Source: Bacteroidia bacterium
Lineage (GTDB): Bacteria > Bacteroidota > Bacteroidia > NS11-12g > UBA9320
DNA: 64,000 nucleotides
Assembly: GCA_965655315.1 (NCBI GenBank)
Contig: CBFHGJ010000001.1
Coordinates: forward strand, 207,907 to 271,906
Direction of reading: 5' to 3'
Both the position numbers and the translations under genes were made by a program. Positions 9,885 to 19,089 of the stretch are shown here, in pieces (positions within the stretch are counted from its first letter, which is position 1; the number at the start of each line of letters is the position of its first letter). The notes under the pieces were generated by a model, which was not told the origin of the DNA, searched no databases, and saw nothing but the letters and a program-made list of their open reading frames with translations.

Positions 9885-11156
9885 GTGCCAGCATCTTTTC
9901 TTATTCGAAATGCAAGGTTGATTGATTTAGGACATCAACATCATAATCAACAGATAGACATTGCTATTGTTGATGGAAGAATTGAGAATATTGGCCCTAA
10001 TATTAAAGGAGAATTCGAAACCATCGTAGAAGGGAAAGATATTGTAGTTTCCTCAGGTTGGACTGATCTCAGATGTCATCTGCCAGATCCTGGAATGGAG
10101 TACAGAGACACCCTTTCTAATCTCCAAGACTGTGCGGCATTAGGAGGATTCACTGCAATTACTACACTTCCCAATAGTCAACCTCCAATAGCGGACAAAG
10201 CATCTGTACTTTATGTTTTGAACAGTACAAAAAGTCACTCGGTTAGTGTTTTACCAACAGGTCAATTAGCTGATCGTGATAATTCTGAAAATTTAGCTGA
10301 ATTATATGACATGCATGCTGCGGGAGCACTTGCATTTACTTCGGGAGACTGTTCTGTGAGTAATGGGCTACTGAAAAAAGGATTATTGTACTCTAGTCCG
10401 TTCAAAGGACTGATAATTACACATCCTAGTGATAAATCTTTAGAGAATGGTGGATTAGTAAATGAAAGTAGCAATACTGTGCACACCGGTTTAAAGACTA
10501 ACCCGGCAATCGCGGAGTATCTTAATTTGAAGGAACAGATAGAAGTTGCCAGATATTGTGATAGTAAGATTCATTTTTCTTGCATCAGTACATTAGAATC
10601 AGTGCAAATGATTCGATCTGCGAAAAAAGAAGGTTTAGAGATAACTTGTGACGTTTCCATTTTCAATCTATGTTTTACGGACAATGAAGTGCTAGGGTTT
10701 GATGAAAACTTTAAATTATATCCGCCGCTTCGATCAAAAGAAGATAGACAGGCCTTAATAGAAGGAGTAAATGATGGTACTATAGATGCGATATGCACTA
10801 ACCATACTCCTCATAATATTGAAGGCAAGGTAATGGAATTTGATTACGCAGAATTTGGTGCACTTGGATTACAGCAAACCCTACCTTGGTTTGTGAAATA
10901 CTTGTCTGATGATATTACCGTAGATAGGTTTGTGGAATGTTTAACGACAGGTCCGCATATGGTTCTAGGGTTAGGTAAATCTGAAATTGCAACAGGTCAA
11001 AAAGCGAACTTATCTGTATTTTCTTTGACTGAAGAATGGACTTTTGACAAATCTACCAACGGCTCACTTTCGAAAAATTCGCACGAATGGAATAGAGTAC
11101 AGAAAGGCAAGGTGTTAGCCGTTATAGCAAACAATAAAGCAGAACTGAATAACTAA
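9885..11156 (+). CDS. dihydroorotase-like amidohydrolase, likely a non-catalytic homolog
   Basis: The amidohydrolase/PyrC fold aligns (DLRCHLPDPG...GGFTAITTLPN...CTNHTPH). The canonical DxHxHLREPG and TDHAPH metal-ligand motifs are altered (HxH to RCH, D to N). Confidence 0.7.
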   Translation: MPASFLIRNARLIDLGHQHHNQQIDIAIVDGRIENIGPNIKGEFETIVEGKDIVVSSGWTDLRCHLPDPGMEYRDTLSNLQDCAALGGFTAITTLPNSQPPIADKASVLYVLNSTKSHSVSVLPTGQLADRDNSENLAELYDMHAAGALAFTSGDCSVSNGLLKKGLLYSSPFKGLIITHPSDKSLENGGLVNESSNTVHTGLKTNPAIAEYLNLKEQIEVARYCDSKIHFSCISTLESVQMIRSAKKEGLEITCDVSIFNLCFTDNEVLGFDENFKLYPPLRSKEDRQALIEGVNDGTIDAICTNHTPHNIEGKVMEFDYAEFGALGLQQTLPWFVKYLSDDITVDRFVECLTTGPHMVLGLGKSEIATGQKANLSVFSLTEEWTFDKSTNGSLSKNSHEWNRVQKGKVLAVIANNKAELNN

Positions 11157-11161
11157 TTAAT

Positions 11162-11731
11162 ATGAAATTATACAAACCGGCAATCAATTGGGGGGTGAAA
11201 ATGGGAATTGCTAACATTCTCATATTTCTAATTATCTATGCCATTGATCCTATGTTTTTTGGGAGTACCAAAGGTTGGATTGTTTCTTTTGCTGTCACTT
11301 TACTTGCAGTACCTATAGTCTTTATGATCTTGGGTGCAAGAGATACTAAAGCTAATTTTTCTCCCTATAAATTCGGAAACGCATTCAATGCTGCCTTTAT
11401 TACAGCAGTTGTTTCTGCAGTTATTGTTTTTTTATTTAACATAATATTTCTTACCGTAATTGACCCTACTTGGGAGCAAGAGCTGTATGAAGAAGTGGCA
11501 AGAAATACAGAGACATTGATGGAGGATATGGGAACGCCTCAGGAAGCTATAGATCAAACTATAGAAAAAATGAAAGAGGACAATGCTAACAGGACTACAG
11601 GAGTTTTAGGGGCTGCAAAGCAAACTGGAATAGGGTTGTTTTGGTATGCTATCCTTGCTCTAGTTATAGGGGCAGTTCAAAAAAGTAAAAAGGACGAGGA
11701 AATAATAGAAATAGAGGATTTAGGAAATTAA
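11162..11731 (+). CDS. DUF4199 family membrane protein
   Basis: MKLYKPAINWG... N-terminus and 4-TM layout typical of Bacteroidetes DUF4199. Confidence 0.6.
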   Translation: MKLYKPAINWGVKMGIANILIFLIIYAIDPMFFGSTKGWIVSFAVTLLAVPIVFMILGARDTKANFSPYKFGNAFNAAFITAVVSAVIVFLFNIIFLTVIDPTWEQELYEEVARNTETLMEDMGTPQEAIDQTIEKMKEDNANRTTGVLGAAKQTGIGLFWYAILALVIGAVQKSKKDEEIIEIEDLGN

Positions 11732-12688
11732 ATGGATATATCTATTGTCATACCATTGCTCAACGAAGCAGAATCGCTTCCAGAATTACTTGCTTGGATA
11801 AAACGAGTAATGGATGAGCATAATTTTTCCTACGAGATCGTATTCATAGATGATGGATCTACAGATAATTCTTGGGAAATTATTGAGGGTTTAAAGACCA
11901 ATCATTCTGAGGTAAAAGGAATTAGATTTAGAAGAAACTATGGTAAATCTGCAGCTCTAAATGAAGGTTTTGCTGTGGTAGAAGGAGATTCCGTTTTTAC
12001 TATGGATGCAGATCTGCAAGATAGTCCAGAAGAGTTACCAGAAATGCATCGCATGTTATGGGAAGATAACTTTGATTTAGTTAGTGGTTGGAAACAGAAA
12101 AGATTTGATCCCATTACTAAGACTATACCAACTAAACTGTATAATTGGGCTACACGTCAAATGAGTGGAATCTATCTTCATGATTTCAATTGCGGATTAA
12201 AAGCATACCGAAATGAAGTAGTGAAAAGCGTAGAAGTGTATGGAGAAATGCACCGCTATATTCCTGTGATGGCTCACCGTGCAGGGTACAAACGTATTGG
12301 AGAAAAGGTAGTGCAACATCAAGCCCGAAAGTACGGGACTACCAAATTTGGCTTGAGTAGATTCGTTAGAGGTCCGTTGGATTTGCTAAGTATCATTTTT
12401 GTTTCTCGATTTGGTAAGCGACCGATGCACTTTTTTGGTTTTTGGGGAGCTGTAGCATTTTTGATAGGATTTGGGTTGACAGCGTATGTCTTGATTGACA
12501 AATTCATAGCTCTGTACTTAGGAGTTAGTCAGACCTTAGTAACCAACAACCCTTTGTTTTATTTAGCCCTAACTATGCTTATCGTTGGGTCTCAATTGTT
12601 CATGGGTGGATTTTTAGCTGAGATGATTAGTAGAAATGCTCCTAACAGAAATCAATACGAAATTGAAGAGAAAATAGGTCTTGGGTAA
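11732..12688 (+). CDS. glycosyltransferase family 2 (polyprenol-phosphate sugar synthase, Dpm1/ArnC-like)
   Basis: ISIVIPLLNEAESL...IDDGSTDNS...DADLQD motifs; two C-terminal TM helices. Confidence 0.8.
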   Translation: MDISIVIPLLNEAESLPELLAWIKRVMDEHNFSYEIVFIDDGSTDNSWEIIEGLKTNHSEVKGIRFRRNYGKSAALNEGFAVVEGDSVFTMDADLQDSPEELPEMHRMLWEDNFDLVSGWKQKRFDPITKTIPTKLYNWATRQMSGIYLHDFNCGLKAYRNEVVKSVEVYGEMHRYIPVMAHRAGYKRIGEKVVQHQARKYGTTKFGLSRFVRGPLDLLSIIFVSRFGKRPMHFFGFWGAVAFLIGFGLTAYVLIDKFIALYLGVSQTLVTNNPLFYLALTMLIVGSQLFMGGFLAEMISRNAPNRNQYEIEEKIGLG

Positions 12689-13826
12689 ACGTGTAGTTAT
12701 TGTTGGGTCTGCATATCCACTTCGTGGTGGAGGTATCACTACTTTCAATGAACTTCTCGCAACCAAGCTTCAACAAGCAGGACACGAAGTAAAAATAATC
12801 ACTTTCAGTCTACAGTACCCTAAGTTTCTATTCCCAGGTAAAACACAGTATTCAGACGAGGTAAGAGCTGAGCATCTTGATATTGAAGTCACTGTAAACT
12901 CTATAAATCCATTCAATTGGATAAGGGAAGGCTTACGTATCAAAAAAATGGAAGCTGATCTTGTCCTATTTAGGTATTGGATTCCATTTATATCTCCTTG
13001 TCTTGGTACGATAGCTAGAATTGTGAGAAGGAATAAAGTATCACGGATTGTTGCTATAACGGATAATATCATTCCCCACGAACCTACTCTTATAGACAAA
13101 CCGCTTACAAGGTATTTTTTAGGAAGCTGTGATGGTTTTGTAACAATGAGTAAGGCAGTGCTTGAGGACCTCAATACCTTTAAGGTTGCTCAACCTAAAG
13201 CGTATAATCCTCATCCTATGTATGAAAGTTTTGGGGAATCAATAGAAAAACATAATGCTAGGGAGAAACTTGGACTGAATAAAGATGATAAATATCTTTT
13301 ATTCTTCGGTTTCATTAGAAAGTATAAAGGTTTAGATGTTTTACTCGAGGCATTTTCAGATGCCAGAATACAAAAAAAAGGAATTAAACTAATTATTGCT
13401 GGTGAGTATTATGATAGCCCAGAGTTGTATGAGTCCATTATTGAAAAACATGGAATGAAGGATGCTATTTTTCAAGTCAGCGATTTCATTCCAGACAGCG
13501 AGGTAAGTTCCTATTTCTGTGCGTCAGACTTGGTGGTGCAAACCTATAAAACAGCAACCCAAAGTGGAGTTACGCAGATAGCTTACTACTACCATAAACC
13601 AATGTTAGTTACTGACGTAGGAGGATTATCAGAACTTGTTCCAGATCAAAAAGTAGGATATGTTACAGCTATAGACACAAAACAAATAGCAGATGCTATT
13701 TTAGACTTTTATGACAACGGTAGAGAGCAAGAATTTATATCCAACATAAATGAGGAACGAAAACGCTTTACTTGGGACAGTATGATAGAAAAACTGTTGG
13801 AGGTAAGCAATTCTTCTCTGGATTAG
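12681..13826 (+). CDS. glycosyltransferase family 4
   Basis: N-terminal VVIVGSAYPLRGGG and a GT-B fold pattern, with the C-terminal E-x7-E region. Confidence 0.7.
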   Translation: MGKRVVIVGSAYPLRGGGITTFNELLATKLQQAGHEVKIITFSLQYPKFLFPGKTQYSDEVRAEHLDIEVTVNSINPFNWIREGLRIKKMEADLVLFRYWIPFISPCLGTIARIVRRNKVSRIVAITDNIIPHEPTLIDKPLTRYFLGSCDGFVTMSKAVLEDLNTFKVAQPKAYNPHPMYESFGESIEKHNAREKLGLNKDDKYLLFFGFIRKYKGLDVLLEAFSDARIQKKGIKLIIAGEYYDSPELYESIIEKHGMKDAIFQVSDFIPDSEVSSYFCASDLVVQTYKTATQSGVTQIAYYYHKPMLVTDVGGLSELVPDQKVGYVTAIDTKQIADAILDFYDNGREQEFISNINEERKRFTWDSMIEKLLEVSNSSLD

Positions 13827-13874
13827 AAGCTGGGTATGACCGTTGTTCAGCACATTCTACTTGTTGCCTAGTAT

Positions 13875-15299
13875 TTACTTCTGCACTTCAAAAGCACCAA
13901 TATCAATTGGGTCTATTCTAGGCCTGTCAGAATAATCATCTAGTATTCTTGGAGTTAGCTCTTGACCTTTGTCTTTAGCGGGAGAAAGAGAATCTAAGTC
14001 GTAATTGTATACGTCAGTATCTATAAATAAAGGGTCCTTATTCAATATGTTATTCCCAATTCCATAGACATTTGATTCCTCAGTAGAAATGAGGTTATTT
14101 TGTATCAAACTCGGTTGTCCCAATAGGTTGCCAGTTGTATCTACGTCTCCTACAATTTCACCTTCAAGGTTGGTCCCATAAATTATATTATTTCTAAAGT
14201 CATAACGAATGGGATATACCGCAAGTACCCTTCCAAACTCATCCCGGGTTCTATTGGTGTAGCCAAATGTCTGTGTATTCCGGATAGAGCTTAGTCTGCC
14301 AGTATAGAACGTATTATTTCTCAAGTAATAGTCTCCTCCTTCTTGTGCTAGAAATGTATATCTGCCACAATCAGCCGATATGCTGTTCTGCATAATGATT
14401 CGACTGCCTCTACCTGCTACACCGTCAAAGCTCATGTTTCTAATCATTGTCTTGCTGATAGTCACATTTTCACTATCGGGTTCACCAGGAATAGTATCAC
14501 AATAGATACCGACCGTACCATTTTTTATAATGGCATGTTCTATAAAGCTTCCGTAAGTCGGCCAGTTAAACCATATTCCTCCCCATTGACCAGGACGTTC
14601 CTCCCAATCAGGCTGCAAGCGGTCACCTTGCATTAGTACTGGCTCGTCTTTAGTACCTCTTACTTCAAGTTCTCCTTCTACGAATAGCCAGCTTCTGGGG
14701 GCACTATGTATTTGCATTCCCTTTTCGATAGTCAATTTTACATCGGGTTTTACATAGCAATAGCCGTAAATCACAATAGGTAAATTAGCATTTGCCCAGG
14801 TAGTATCTTGTTCTATACTATCCCTAAAGATATAATGAGCGTCTTGTCCCCAACCAATGAGCATGGTTTTACTATCGTTGCCGTTAGTACTGTAGAGTAT
14901 CGAATCTCTGATGATAAGTGGATTGAAATCAGGGCTGTTATTATTTGGATCTGGATGTACTTCCAAAAACAGAAAAATACTGTCATTTGGAAGTATTTCA
15001 ATGTCAGAAAAAATATGTCCAGATTCGCCATCTACGTTCAATCTGAAATGCGAATTTTCACCTCCACCCAAGCGGATATTCGTTCGTATTGATTCCGAAT
15101 GGGGGTTGTATAGTAGGATTTGTTTGTTGGCTGAAAGAGGAAGGCGTTCAGTTACTTTGGTAAAGACCGTATCAAACCATAAAGTGTCTGTATTAACTTG
15201 TATGGTATCGCTAGACGATGTAGTGAAACTCTCCTTCCTGCAAGCAGATAATAGGGTGCAGATACCAACAATAAGTAGGAGGTTTTGAACTAATTTCAT
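13875..15299 (-). CDS. right-handed parallel beta-helix repeat lipoprotein
   Basis: Internal start MKLVQNLLLIVGICTLLSAC (lipobox) chosen over the longer ORF; repeated NxxI/GxxxG beta-helix-like periodicity. Confidence 0.55.
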   Translation of the reverse strand: MKLVQNLLLIVGICTLLSACRKESFTTSSSDTIQVNTDTLWFDTVFTKVTERLPLSANKQILLYNPHSESIRTNIRLGGGENSHFRLNVDGESGHIFSDIEILPNDSIFLFLEVHPDPNNNSPDFNPLIIRDSILYSTNGNDSKTMLIGWGQDAHYIFRDSIEQDTTWANANLPIVIYGYCYVKPDVKLTIEKGMQIHSAPRSWLFVEGELEVRGTKDEPVLMQGDRLQPDWEERPGQWGGIWFNWPTYGSFIEHAIIKNGTVGIYCDTIPGEPDSENVTISKTMIRNMSFDGVAGRGSRIIMQNSISADCGRYTFLAQEGGDYYLRNNTFYTGRLSSIRNTQTFGYTNRTRDEFGRVLAVYPIRYDFRNNIIYGTNLEGEIVGDVDTTGNLLGQPSLIQNNLISTEESNVYGIGNNILNKDPLFIDTDVYNYDLDSLSPAKDKGQELTPRILDDYSDRPRIDPIDIGAFEVQK

Positions 15300-15590
15300 T
15301 CGGTAGTTTACTAACGTCGATGCAAAGGAAATATTTTCTATGACATATGGTTTTGAAGATGTAGATAATAGCGAGATGTCACCAACCCCAGACAGAGAAC
15401 TAGTCAAAAAGTAATAGTGTGGGTTATCAAATGATTTAAGTAAGTTAAAATGCTCGTAGCTTTGTGCCAATCCATGTGTAAGAACATAAGAGTATTCTTA
15501 TTATTACTTTTCTGTCACCTTTTATCAGCAGCATATGCTCAGATGTATAGGCAATCATTTCATGCATGAATAGATGTACCTCTCAGCTAT

Positions 15591-16031
15591 ATGGATGCAA
15601 ATACAAAATCAGGTATTGGATTCAGAGGAGGATATCGTTACGCAGCTGCAAAGAAGTTTGGAATTGGGTCAGAGCTGTTCATTCAAAGATTAGCGGGTGG
15701 TGCTATTTTGTCTAAGAATTTTAAGGATCCGGATAACACCGGATTATTCTTTTCTAGTAATGTAATCGGAACTTTTTTTGTCTTGGATTATACCCTTAGT
15801 ATAGGTAGAAGAGATTTTTTTGAAATTGGGCCCTAGGTGGCTATTGGAGCCATTGCTTTCAATACAACTGGAGGTTTTTTTAATAATGAAACAGCACTTA
15901 GCCTTTATAATAAATGGGGAGATGAATATTTCGTTCCTGTTCGTGAAGGAGGTGAATTGGTAGATGCTAAAATGAAGTCTAGCGGGATTGCAGCCACTTT
16001 AGCTCCAAGTCTAAAGATAGCACGCTATTAA
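15591..16031 (+). pseudogene. OMP-like gene fragment interrupted by an in-frame TAG
   Basis: ORFs 15591..15836 and 15837..16031 are in the same frame, separated only by TAG at 15834-15836; Gly/aromatic-rich beta-strand-like composition. Confidence 0.35.
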
Positions 16032-16256
16032 CTACTGGATGAAATTATATGCCACTACAGGTTTTGTTTATACCAACTCTGATCAGCTAGATGGATTCTT
16101 CATTCCTTTAGAAAGCAACGATGACAACGATGTTATACAGGTAAGTCAGATTGGAATATCATTTAAACTAAGGAAGCAGAAATATTTACTAGTAGAAAAC
16201 AAGTACTAGCTTAATTAAGGAGCACTTGAAAACTAGAAGGAATAGGCATAAAAAAA

Positions 16257-16278
16257 CCTTCCAAGAAATCTTGGAAGG
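16257..16278. terminator. hairpin flanked by A7 and TTGTT, possible bidirectional terminator
   Basis: CCTTCCAAGA-AAT-CTTGGAAGG is a perfect 9-10 bp stem. Confidence 0.5.
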
Positions 16279-16285
16279 TTGTTAT

Positions 16286-16335
16286 CTATGCGCCCCTTGT
16301 TATACAGAGTTGCAGCCATAACTCATCTTTTGAAA
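16286..16335 (+). repeat. copy 1 of a ~50-bp conserved element (second copy at 17869-17920)
   Basis: CTATGCGCCCCTTGTTATACAGAGTTGCAGCCATAACTCATCTTTTGA versus TCTGCGCCCCTTATTATACAGAGTTGCAGCCAAAACTCACTTTTTGA, about 88% identity, same orientation. Confidence 0.7.
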
Positions 16336-16482
16336 CGATACGTTCTTGTGGTTTCATTGAAATATAGTTGTTGAAAGGGGTGATGGTGGCGCATCTGATC
16401 ACAGTTTGATACGGGTTACTTAAAATTTGCAGCAATTACTTTCGTTACAAATTGAAGTATAGGAAAAAGACAAATTCGTTAC

Positions 16483-16498
16483 TTAAGCATCTGCTTAA
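16483..16498. promoter_or_regulatory. perfect 7-2-7 palindrome TTAAGCAtcTGCTTAA upstream of arsR, candidate ArsR/SmtB operator
   Basis: Palindrome read directly; ArsR/SmtB repressors bind imperfect inverted repeats in their own promoters; a TATCTTTG (-7-like TAnnTTTG) element lies just downstream. Confidence 0.45.
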
Positions 16499-16519
16499 TT
16501 AAGTATCTTTGCAAGTACA

Positions 16520-16888
16520 ATGGATTATTGCATTAGAACATACAAAGACCAATCACAAATTGAACATTCAAAAAGCATTCTGGAAGAAAACAATTCAGCA
16601 ATCCTGGAACAGAGCGAATTACTCAGTTTGGCTGGCAATCCAACTAGACTTAAGATTCTGGTCCTCATCTCTCAAGATGATGAGCTATGTGTTTGTGATT
16701 TCAGTGATGTCCTTGAAATGTCCATGCCTGCAGTATCTCAGCATTTGAAAAAATTAAGGGAAGGAGGAATGATTAAAAGTAGAAGACAAGCACAGACAAT
16801 CTTCTATAGCCTTAATACAATTGGAAATCAATTCATACTTAAACTCATGGAGCAGATGAAACTAGAAAGCCTAACAACAACGGCATGA
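16520..16888 (+). CDS. arsR: ArsR/SmtB family metal-sensing transcriptional repressor
   Basis: ELCVCDF metal-binding CVC motif and a winged-HTH region, ~120 aa. Confidence 0.85.
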   Translation: MDYCIRTYKDQSQIEHSKSILEENNSAILEQSELLSLAGNPTRLKILVLISQDDELCVCDFSDVLEMSMPAVSQHLKKLREGGMIKSRRQAQTIFYSLNTIGNQFILKLMEQMKLESLTTTA

Positions 16889-17484
16889 GTGAAAAACAAC
16901 AAAAAAGAGCATCATCTACAGGCTTGATAGCGGCCATTGCAGCTTCTTCATGTTGCATTGCTCCTGTTGTAGCAGCAATTGCAGGTATTGGGAGTTTTTC
17001 AGCAAGTTTAAGTTGGATAGAACCATTGCGCCCGTATTTAATCGGATTTGCAGTACTTGCTATTGGCTATGCATGGTATATTAATTTGAAACCTAAAGCA
17101 GAAGATAGTTGTGGATGTGAAGTAAAGCGAAAACCACGATTCTATGAAGGCCGCCCATTCTTGATTGGTATTACTCTTTTTGCAATGCTCTCCATTGGAT
17201 TCCCTTCTTACTCTCATTATCTGCTTCCAGCACAGGAAGTGCATGTTGCTGCAGGTGGAGATTTCACTACTGTAAAGTTAGATGTAACAGGAATGACTTG
17301 TACTGGATGTGAAGTACACGTAAATACCGCTTCCTCTGAGGTTGATGGAGTTAAATCTGCCACTTCAGACTATGAGAATGAATCCGCTGTAATCGTGTTT
17401 GATCCTACGATAACTGATGTTGAACAAATATCAGATCATATAGAAAAAGAAACAGGCTATTCAGTCAGAAAAGCAAAGAAATAA
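16885..17484 (+). CDS. merTP: MerT-like transporter fused to a C-terminal heavy-metal-associated (MerP-like) domain
   Basis: ASSCCIAPVV matches the MerT first-helix CC motif; a second Cys pair CGCE; C-terminal GMTCTGCEVHV is a GMTCxxC HMA motif. Confidence 0.7.
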   Translation: MSEKQQKRASSTGLIAAIAASSCCIAPVVAAIAGIGSFSASLSWIEPLRPYLIGFAVLAIGYAWYINLKPKAEDSCGCEVKRKPRFYEGRPFLIGITLFAMLSIGFPSYSHYLLPAQEVHVAAGGDFTTVKLDVTGMTCTGCEVHVNTASSEVDGVKSATSDYENESAVIVFDPTITDVEQISDHIEKETGYSVRKAKK

Positions 17485-17709
17485 ATGGAAAAGCAAATTA
17501 CCCTTGAATCAAAACTGACTTGCCCAGACTGTGGGCATGAGAAAATTGAAACCATGCCAACTGATGCTTGTCAGTACTTCTATGAATGTGAGAACTGCCA
17601 CACCCTATTGAAACCTCTTCAAGGAGATTGCTGTGTTTACTGCTCTTATGGGTCTGTTCCATGCCCACCTATTCAGGAAAACGGTAATTGTTCTAGTGGA
17701 TGTTGCTGA
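17485..17709 (+). CDS. small cysteine-rich putative metal-binding protein
   Basis: CPDC...CENC zinc-ribbon-like pairs plus GDCCVYCSYGSVPCPP and a C-terminal SSGCC; start codon abuts the merTP stop. Confidence 0.5.
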   Translation: MEKQITLESKLTCPDCGHEKIETMPTDACQYFYECENCHTLLKPLQGDCCVYCSYGSVPCPPIQENGNCSSGCC

Positions 17710-17825
17710 AGTAACATACTATATGTCACACAAAGAGCGGGATCCTTGATATTTGAAAGAGGTTACTCCTTATAGATGAGACCATTGTAATTTTTACTTT
17801 ACGGGATACTTTTTCTTGACAAAAC

Positions 17826-17860
17826 AAAAAACGGTTACACTATAAAAGTATAACCGTTTT
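17826..17860 (+). terminator. rho-independent terminator
   Basis: AAAACGGTTACAC-TATAAAA-GTATAACCGTTTT, a 12-bp stem with one mismatch followed by TTTT. Confidence 0.65.
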
Positions 17861-17868
17861 ATCATTAT

Positions 17869-17920
17869 ATCTGCGCCCCTTATTATACAGAGTTGCAGCC
17901 AAAACTCACTTTTTGAGGGG
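17869..17920 (+). repeat. copy 2 of the ~50-bp conserved element
   Basis: See copy 1; both copies follow a terminator hairpin. Confidence 0.7.
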
Positions 17921-18336
17921 TTGTATTCAGGCGAATACTTTAGAAAATAGTTGTTTGAATAGATTAACTAAAGTCAGTAGTGACTGAAGTGGTAAATTGA
18001 AGAAGTACTACTCAGATTATATATTTATTAAATCCTCTATCTTAGCATTAAGTCTTAAAAAGTTTAGTTATTGCTGACAACGAACATAGCACCCTAAAGG
18101 CTATATTTAAAGGCCGTAAAAAACTAATTTAATGGCAGTTACGGCCTTTTTAATGCGGGAGTAAATATTGGTGAAACACGCATATGTTAGCACAGCCATC
18201 GAACTTGATAAGGTATTGAAGTTCTTAACATCATTAGAAGGAGTTAAATTAAAAATTGATTTAATTCTCTTAACCTATTTAGCTGTGAATATAACGCACT
18301 AAGCAGGCTTTATACTTTTTACCTATATTTGCGGAC

Positions 18337-18768
18337 GTGAGTTCAAAGCAATCATATGTGAAAAGTGTAGCATTACTACTATGTAGTATCGTACTGTTTA
18401 GCTCGTTTGGATTTACTCTCAATATGCACCTATGCCAAGGTGAAGTAAAGACTATCAGCTTTGTTGGTGAGGCTCAGAAGTGTGTTGAGATGAAAGAAAG
18501 TGATGTTTGCAATTCTAAAAACAATCCAGTTTCTCTCACCAAAAAGAAATGTTGTTCTGATGCTTCAATTAAAGCTGAAACTTCAACTCAAAACATTCCC
18601 GTTATTACTAACCAAGTTCAAAACCTTGTATTAGGAATAAAACCATATGCAAAATTAGTTGCAACGATAATTCCTGAAATCAAAAGTGATATCATTCACT
18701 ATAATCCTCCACCAGATGAACAAGCTGGCAGAGTACTTCTGGTATTACACCAGACATTTCTAATATAA
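18337..18768 (+). CDS. small secreted Cys-containing protein with H-x-C / CC / PP motifs (HYC_CC_PP-like)
   Basis: Signal peptide; NMHLCQGE, KKCCSD, NPPPD; paralogous to 25050..25454; a TATATTTG -7-like element upstream; the true start may be the GTG at 18364. Confidence 0.45.
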   Translation: MSSKQSYVKSVALLLCSIVLFSSFGFTLNMHLCQGEVKTISFVGEAQKCVEMKESDVCNSKNNPVSLTKKKCCSDASIKAETSTQNIPVITNQVQNLVLGIKPYAKLVATIIPEIKSDIIHYNPPPDEQAGRVLLVLHQTFLI

Positions 18769-18860
18769 TACCACTACTTTTTCCTTGATGCCATTTGGCA
18801 TTTTTCAATTATTGCAGGCTGCAATGCGTCTGTTTTCAATAAAATCAACGATAAAAAGTA

Positions 18861-19076
18861 ATGAAATCAATAATTTTTAAAGCATCAATGATGCTACTTT
18901 TAATAGGCTCTCTGACTGCCTGCTCTTCAAATAGTTCAGAAATAGATAAAACAGGTAAAGAATACACTTCTGCCTATGTATGTCCTATGCACTGTGAAGG
19001 AAGTGGCGGTGATTCTGCTGGTACTTGCCCTGTTTGTGGGATGGACTACATAAAAAATGATCAACATAAACATTAA
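18861..19076 (+). CDS. lipoprotein with heavy-metal-binding domain (CPMH...CPxCGM)
   Basis: Signal plus lipobox LTAC; YVCPMHCEGSGGDSAGTCPVCGMDY is an HMBD motif. Confidence 0.7.
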   Translation: MKSIIFKASMMLLLIGSLTACSSNSSEIDKTGKEYTSAYVCPMHCEGSGGDSAGTCPVCGMDYIKNDQHKH

Positions 19077-19089
19077 ACAATCTTTTAAA

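Noticed and set aside
14808-15288. ORFs + 14808..15092, - 14813..15031 and + 14911..15288 inside the beta-helix lipoprotein gene
   Set aside because: They are overlapping alternative-frame ORFs within a longer, better-supported CDS on the - strand.
4441-18336. Shared 10-mer CGGACGTGAG preceded by ATAT at 4441 and 18327, both upstream of + strand genes
   Set aside because: A single shared 10-mer in 64 kb is within chance expectation and no further flanking similarity was found. It might be a TSS-proximal motif but is unsupported.
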